Shown here: one piece after another, positions 27,378 through 32,000 of the stretch
How positions within the stretch are numbered: position 1 is the first letter of the stretch
Layout of the letters: each line of letters starts with the position of its first letter
Assembly: GCF_001457595.1 (NCBI RefSeq)
Contig: NZ_LN831039.1
Coordinates: 3,720,001-3,752,000 of the forward strand
Source of the DNA: Mycolicibacterium smegmatis
GTDB taxonomy: Bacteria; Actinomycetota; Actinomycetes; Mycobacteriales; Mycobacteriaceae
Reading direction: 5' to 3'
DNA length: 32,000 bases
Made by a program: the position numbers and the translations under genes
The notes under the pieces: generated by a model
Told to the model about the DNA's origin: nothing
The model's input: the letters and a program-made list of their open reading frames with translations, nothing else
Database searches by the model: none

Positions 27378-27418
27378 CCGGTTCAGTCGAGCCGGTTCGG
27401 TCCAGCCGGTTCAGTCGG
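27377..27418. repeat. Three tandem 14-bp imperfect repeats (GCCGGTTCAGTCGA / GCCGGTTCGGTCCA / GCCGGTTCAGTCGG)
   Basis: Read directly; begins at the last base of the ndh stop codon and runs into the end of ureD. Confidence 0.85.
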
Positions 27419-28052
27419 CAGGCAGCCGGTCACCCTGCCAGGTGGCCAGGCTGCCGCCGCGGGCCAAGCCCAGCACCAGTTGGTCTGGCGCATCGAAAGT
27501 CGGCTCCGGATAACGCATTTCGCTGATGCATGCGCGTGGGGCGGCGATCTCGTCGTCACCGAGTGCGCCGGATCCCAGCTCGATGCGGTGCCGCAGCAGC
27601 GGCGCTCCGGCCGCGTCGGCGTGCAGCAGCCCCGACCAGAAACCGGCTCTCTCGTTCGATCTGCCGATCTGGATCTGCTCGCGGATGCGCACCCGCGCGG
27701 AATCGGCGAGCTGCAACCGGGTTTGCGTGTGATGTGCCGAACCGCCGGCCACCACGGTCGGTTGCGGGTCCAGGTCCAGTTCGCCCGCGACCTCGATGTC
27801 CCAAACCGCCTCGGAGAGCAGGGTTTCGGTGCCGGGGAGCACGAGCGTCGCGGCAACCGTACGAATCCGCAGCCGGGCGCCTGCCTCGACGACCACGCGC
27901 ACCCGCAGCGTGTCGCCGCCCAGCGGGGTGGCCGCCGTCGACACCAGGTGCACGGTGTCGGGTTGCGTGCAGCGGCCGGCCAGCCCCCCGGTGGCCTCGA
28001 TCCGCGGCAGCCGCCCCGGCACGGCCACGATGAGGACCTGCGAGTGCATCAC
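27411..28052 (-). CDS. ureD: Urease accessory protein UreD (UreH)
   Basis: '[40 protein letters not shown]', position next to ureG. Confidence 0.9.
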   Translation of the reverse strand: MMHSQVLIVAVPGRLPRIEATGGLAGRCTQPDTVHLVSTAATPLGGDTLRVRVVVEAGARLRIRTVAATLVLPGTETLLSEAVWDIEVAGELDLDPQPTVVAGGSAHHTQTRLQLADSARVRIREQIQIGRSNERAGFWSGLLHADAAGAPLLRHRIELGSGALGDDEIAAPRACISEMRYPEPTFDAPDQLVLGLARGGSLATWQGDRLPAD

Positions 28053-28735
28053 ACCGTCTGCGCCGCGGCGACCCGCAACTGTTCACGCACCCAGTCCAGC
28101 ACCGGACCGGCCGTCGGATCCTCGGTCAGTGAGATCAGCGCGGTGGGCCGCTCCGCGCGCACCTTGGCCGCATCGCGGCGCATCACGTCCAGATCCGCAC
28201 CCACCAGCGGCGCGAGGTCGGTCTTGTTGACCACCAACAGATCCGAGAACGTGACGCCCGGACCGCCCTTGCGTGGCACCTTGTCGCCGCCGGCCACGTC
28301 GACGACGAAGATCTGCACGTCCACGAGTCCCGAGGAGAACGTGGCGGTGAGGTTGTCGCCGCCCGACTCGACGAGGATGAGGTCGAGCGCCGGGTTCATC
28401 TCGATCAGATCGTCGATCGCGTCGAGATTGGCGGTGATGTCGTCCCGGATCGCGGTGTGTGGGCACCCGCCGGTCTGCACGGCCGCGATCCGCTCGTCGG
28501 GCAGCACCGCGTTGCGGCGCAGGAAGTCCGCGTCCTCGGTGGTGTAGATGTCGTTGGTGAGCACCGCCAGTGACAGTTCGTCGCGCAGCTGACGGCACAG
28601 CGCCGCCACGAGTGCGGTCTTGCCCGAGCCGACCGGGCCGCCCACCCCGATGCGCAGCGGTTCACCGGGTTTGCGCACCCGTTTGGGCCGGTCGGTGTGG
28701 GTGTGGGGTTCACCGTCGAGGAAATGCGGTGGCAT
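28049..28735 (-). CDS. ureG: Urease accessory GTPase UreG
   Basis: '[23 protein letters not shown]', '[17 protein letters not shown]', '[18 protein letters not shown]', '[20 protein letters not shown]'. Confidence 0.97.
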   Translation of the reverse strand: MPPHFLDGEPHTHTDRPKRVRKPGEPLRIGVGGPVGSGKTALVAALCRQLRDELSLAVLTNDIYTTEDADFLRRNAVLPDERIAAVQTGGCPHTAIRDDITANLDAIDDLIEMNPALDLILVESGGDNLTATFSSGLVDVQIFVVDVAGGDKVPRKGGPGVTFSDLLVVNKTDLAPLVGADLDVMRRDAAKVRAERPTALISLTEDPTAGPVLDWVREQLRVAAAQTV

Positions 28736-28765
28736 GTCGAGCCTTTCGGGATGCGAACAACGAAA

Positions 28766-29401
28766 TCAGGAGACGAACAGCGGACGGTCGCGTTGGGCGT
28801 GGCGTTCTGCCATCACGTCGAGTAAGGGATCCGACAGATCGGCCAGGCCTGCGGTGGCCTCCTCGGCGACGGTGTCGCACAGCGCCGCCAACTCGAAGGT
28901 CACCGCGGCCACATCACCGGGGTCGAGCGCCAGCAACCGCTGCGCGGCGGTGGCCGACCCGGTCATCGTGGTGTAGACGACCGAAAGCGCGGTCTGCAGC
29001 GGATCCAGGCCGCTCGCGGCGCCCACCGCACCCGCCGCGACCGCCAGGTGCGGGCGCGTGCCAAGTGTGTCCCACGGACCGTCGGGCCATACCCGCCGGG
29101 CCAATCGCACCAGTCCGCGGCCCTGCGCACGCGACGCGTCGCGGCTCGCGGGTGACGGTGTGCGTGCGTCGATCTCGGCGTCGGCGACACCTGGGGTGAG
29201 CGTGCCCTCGTGCACGGCGACCGCGACCGACGCCGCGACGAGCCCGTGACTGCGGATGCGCCGCACCAGGTAGGCGCGCAGCGTCGACAGATCCGTGAGC
29301 AGCCCGCTGGTCACCGCTTCCTCCACGCCGCCGGAGTGCACGTGTCCCCCGGTCGGCAACCGGGAGTCGGCCAGGGTGAGAAGCGTTGTCAGGCTGTTCA
29401 T
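28766..29401 (-). CDS. ureF: Urease accessory protein UreF
   Basis: 'LLTLADSRLPTGGHVHSGGVEEAV', position between ureC and ureG. Confidence 0.93.
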   Translation of the reverse strand: MNSLTTLLTLADSRLPTGGHVHSGGVEEAVTSGLLTDLSTLRAYLVRRIRSHGLVAASVAVAVHEGTLTPGVADAEIDARTPSPASRDASRAQGRGLVRLARRVWPDGPWDTLGTRPHLAVAAGAVGAASGLDPLQTALSVVYTTMTGSATAAQRLLALDPGDVAAVTFELAALCDTVAEEATAGLADLSDPLLDVMAERHAQRDRPLFVS

Positions 29402-31135
29402 CTAGAACAGGAAGTATCGCTGTGCCATGGGTAGCTCGGCGGCGGGTTGTTCGTCCCACACCTCGCCGTCGATGCGCACCGTGAACGTGTCGGGTTCGAC
29501 CTCGATGCGTGGCAGCGCGTCGTTGAGCGGCATCTGCGCCTTGCCGACCTTGCGGACGTCCTTGACCGCGACGAGTTTCCGCCTGACGTCGATGCGTTCG
29601 GCCAGGCCGTCCTCGATGGCCTGCGGCGCCACGAAGTGCACCGAGGTCGCGGCCGCTGCGGCCGGTGCGGCTCCGAACATGGGCCGCGGCAGCACGGGCT
29701 GCGGTGTCGGGATCGACGCGTTGGCGTCGCCCATCGCGGCCCACGCGATCATGCCGCCCTTGATCACCGCATGCGGGCGCACCCCGAAGAACGCGGGCTC
29801 CCACAGCACCAGATCCGCGAGCTTGCCGACCTCGACCGAGCCGATCTCGTGGTCGAGGCCGTGCGCGACCGCGGGACAGATCGTGTACTTGGCGACGTAG
29901 CGGCGCGCGCGCAGGTTGTCGGCGCCGTGCTTCCCGGAGCCGTCGCCTTCCAGCGCGCCGCGGCGGCGCTTCATGACGTGCGCGGTCTGCCAGGTGCGCA
30001 TCACGACCTCGCCGATGCGGCCCATGGCCTGCGCGTCACTGCCGATCATCGAGATGGCCCCGATGTCGTGCAGCAGGTCCTCGGCCGCGATGGTCGACGG
30101 CCTGATGCGGCTCTCGGCGAACGCGAGATCCTCTGGCACACTGGGTTTCAGGTGATGGCAGACCATCAGCATGTCCAGGTGCTCGTCGAGGGTGTTGACG
30201 GTGTGCGGCCGGGTCGGGTTGGTGGAGCTTGGCAGCACGTTGGGATGGCCCGCCACCGTGATGATGTCCGGCGCGTGCCCGCCGCCGGCACCCTCGGTGT
30301 GGTAGGCGTGGATCGAGCGGCCGCCGATGGCGGCCAGGGTGTCCTCGACAAAGCCCATCTCGTTGAGCGTGTCGGTGTGGATGGCCGCCTGCACGCCTGC
30401 GACGTCGCACACCGTAAGGCACGCATCGATGGCCGCCGGGGTGGTGCCCCAATCCTCGTGGAGCTTGAAACCCGCTGCGCCGCCGCGCAACTGCTCCCAC
30501 ATCGAGTCGGCGCTGACGGTGTTGCCCTTGCCCAGCAGCACGATGTTCATGGGCCAGGAGTCCAGGGACTCGAGCATGCGCGCCAGATGCCATGCGCCCG
30601 GCGTGACCGTGGTGGCCTTGGTGCCCTCGGCCGGGCCGGTGCCGCCGCCGATGATCGTGGTGATGCCGCCGCCGAGCGCCTCGTCCATGATCTGCGGGCA
30701 GATCAGGTGCACGTGGCAGTCGATGGCACCCGCGGTGAGGATGCGACCGTTGCCCGCGATGATCTCGGTGGACGGGCCGACCACCAGATCGGGGTGCACG
30801 CCCGACATGATGTCGGGGTTGCCCGCCTTGCCGATCGCAACGATCCGGCCGTCGCGGATCCCGATGTCGGCCTTGATGATCCCCCAGTGGTCGAGGATCA
30901 CCGCTCCGGTGATGACGGTGTCGGGGGCGCCGTCGGCGCGGGTGGCCCGGCCCTGCCCCATGGACTCGCGCAACACCTTGCCGCCGCCGAACACGGCCTC
31001 GTCACCGGCGAGCTCCGGTCCGCCGCTGCGGTCCTCGGTGATCTCGATCAGCAGGTCGGTGTCGGCCAGCCGGATGCGGTCCCCGGTGGTGGGACCGAAC
31101 AGCGCGGCGTAGTTGCTCCGTGACAGTGCGGTCAT
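29402..31135 (-). CDS. ureC: Urease subunit alpha UreC
   Basis: '[13 protein letters not shown]', '[18 protein letters not shown]', flap '[24 protein letters not shown]', '[39 protein letters not shown]'. Confidence 0.98.
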   Translation of the reverse strand: MTALSRSNYAALFGPTTGDRIRLADTDLLIEITEDRSGGPELAGDEAVFGGGKVLRESMGQGRATRADGAPDTVITGAVILDHWGIIKADIGIRDGRIVAIGKAGNPDIMSGVHPDLVVGPSTEIIAGNGRILTAGAIDCHVHLICPQIMDEALGGGITTIIGGGTGPAEGTKATTVTPGAWHLARMLESLDSWPMNIVLLGKGNTVSADSMWEQLRGGAAGFKLHEDWGTTPAAIDACLTVCDVAGVQAAIHTDTLNEMGFVEDTLAAIGGRSIHAYHTEGAGGGHAPDIITVAGHPNVLPSSTNPTRPHTVNTLDEHLDMLMVCHHLKPSVPEDLAFAESRIRPSTIAAEDLLHDIGAISMIGSDAQAMGRIGEVVMRTWQTAHVMKRRRGALEGDGSGKHGADNLRARRYVAKYTICPAVAHGLDHEIGSVEVGKLADLVLWEPAFFGVRPHAVIKGGMIAWAAMGDANASIPTPQPVLPRPMFGAAPAAAAATSVHFVAPQAIEDGLAERIDVRRKLVAVKDVRKVGKAQMPLNDALPRIEVEPDTFTVRIDGEVWDEQPAAELPMAQRYFLF

Positions 31136-31464
31136 CAGCCGTCCAGCCTCCCTGGTGGATTGATGCTCAGGCCGTACACCTCACGGGTGCCGCGCAGCGG
31201 CACCAGCGTGACGCGCTGTGCCACACCGGGTTCGAACCGCACCGCGGTGCCTGCGGGGATGTCGAGACGGTGGCCGTGCGCGGCCGTGCGGTCGAACTCC
31301 AGCGCCGAGTTGGCCTGCGGGAGATGCACGTGGCTACCGACCTGCACGGGCCGGTCGCCGGCGTTGACCACGTCGAGCGTCAGACGCGGTGCGCCCGCAT
31401 TGATCTCGATGTCGCCTTCGCCGTGGAGGATCTCGCCGGGCACCACCGGTTCGCGTGACGTCAT
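31135..31464 (-). CDS. ureB: Urease subunit beta UreB
   Basis: '[52 protein letters not shown]'; overlaps the ureC start by one base. Confidence 0.96.
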   Translation of the reverse strand: MTSREPVVPGEILHGEGDIEINAGAPRLTLDVVNAGDRPVQVGSHVHLPQANSALEFDRTAAHGHRLDIPAGTAVRFEPGVAQRVTLVPLRGTREVYGLSINPPGRLDG

Positions 31465-31473
31465 GGCGGCCCC

Positions 31474-31776
31474 TCAGGCGATCGGCTGGTGGACGGTGAC
31501 GAGTTTGGTGCCGTCGGGGAACGTCGCCTCGACCTGGACGTCGTGCAGCATCTCCGGCACGCCGTCCATGACGTCGTCGCGGGTGAGCACACTGCGCCCG
31601 CTGACCATCAACTCGGCGACGGTGCGGCCGTCCCGTGCGCCCTCGAGCAGGTGATCGGTGATCACCGCGACGGCCTCGGGATGGTTGAGCCGCAGCCCTC
31701 TCGCCCGTCTGCGGCGGGCCAGTTCGGCGGCATACGAGATCAGCAAACGATCCTGTTCATGCGGGGTCAAGCGCAT
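31474..31776 (-). CDS. ureA: Urease subunit gamma UreA
   Basis: ORF 31474..31794, likely start 31776 ([39 protein letters not shown]). Confidence 0.96.
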   Translation of the reverse strand: MRLTPHEQDRLLISYAAELARRRRARGLRLNHPEAVAVITDHLLEGARDGRTVAELMVSGRSVLTRDDVMDGVPEMLHDVQVEATFPDGTKLVTVHQPIA

Positions 31777-31858
31777 AGACGGCGATATTGCCATGCCCCG
31801 GGGTGATCGGCAGCCTCAGCCGCGGAGGCAGTTCTCACACGGCCGGTCGGCGTGTCGG

Positions 31859-32000
31859 TCAGGACTCGGCCGGCATGTTCTGCAAGCGCACCTGTCCGCG
31901 CGCCACCGTGCGGCCGTCCTCGTCGGTGAGGGTGATGAGCCAGAGCTGCTGGCGGCGGCCCCGGTGGATCGGCGTCGACACCGCGGTGACCGTCCCCGAG
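31859..32000 (-). CDS. C-terminus of a hotdog-fold (PaaI-like) thioesterase (partial, start outside window)
   Basis: Minus-strand frame ending at 31859 reads …SGTVTAVSTPIHRGRRQQLWLITLTDEDGRTVARGQVRLQNMPAES*; 'GRRQQLW.. DEDGR.VA.GQVRL' is thioesterase-like. A PaaI-like gene sits next to ureA in M. tuberculosis (recalled). Confidence 0.7.
   Translation of the reverse strand, partial: SGTVTAVSTPIHRGRRQQLWLITLTDEDGRTVARGQVRLQNMPAES

Noticed and set aside
29447-31123. 558-aa plus-strand ORF opposite ureC
   Set aside because: Antisense to ureC with biased composition; artefact of high GC at third positions.
1-32000. Search for CRISPR arrays, tRNA/rRNA genes, transposases, integrases or prophage genes
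   Set aside because: None recognised by eye; no att-like direct repeats or mobile-element proteins were noticed. tRNAscan-SE/Infernal were not available to confirm.

Overview
High-GC mycobacterial chromosomal window; gene order and protein content look like Mycolicibacterium/Mycobacterium smegmatis (inference from recalled synteny, no search run). From left to right it contains: (1) a two-gene unit, 232-4115 (+), encoding a small protein with two probable winged-helix regions and a 1068-aa protein with two ATPase modules (N-terminal AAA-like plus C-terminal HerA/DUF87-like). A partial gene lies upstream. This is the best candidate for an uncharacterised system. (2) A minus-strand polyol/sugar uptake and oxidation operon (4170-11785) with two tandem paralogous substrate-binding lipoproteins, an ABC permease, an ABC ATPase, two zinc-type alcohol/polyol dehydrogenases and an SDR. 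It diverges from a SorC-type regulator plus a second SDR (11984-13743), and the intergenic region holds a perfect 18-bp palindrome. (3) A thiolase-like protein, an LLM-class oxidoreductase and a phosphoketolase. (4) A CPBP protease, a CGNR zinc-finger protein, a hypothetical protein, an AdhA-like dehydrogenase, a GlsB/YeaQ-family membrane protein, a small secreted protein, the Ala/Pro-rich Apa protein, an atypical SDR, an LLM oxidoreductase and type II NADH dehydrogenase. (5) A full urease cluster, ureABCFGD (minus strand), followed by the end of a thioesterase-like gene. I saw no CRISPR array, tRNA, rRNA, transposon or prophage. All family calls come from reading motifs by eye.
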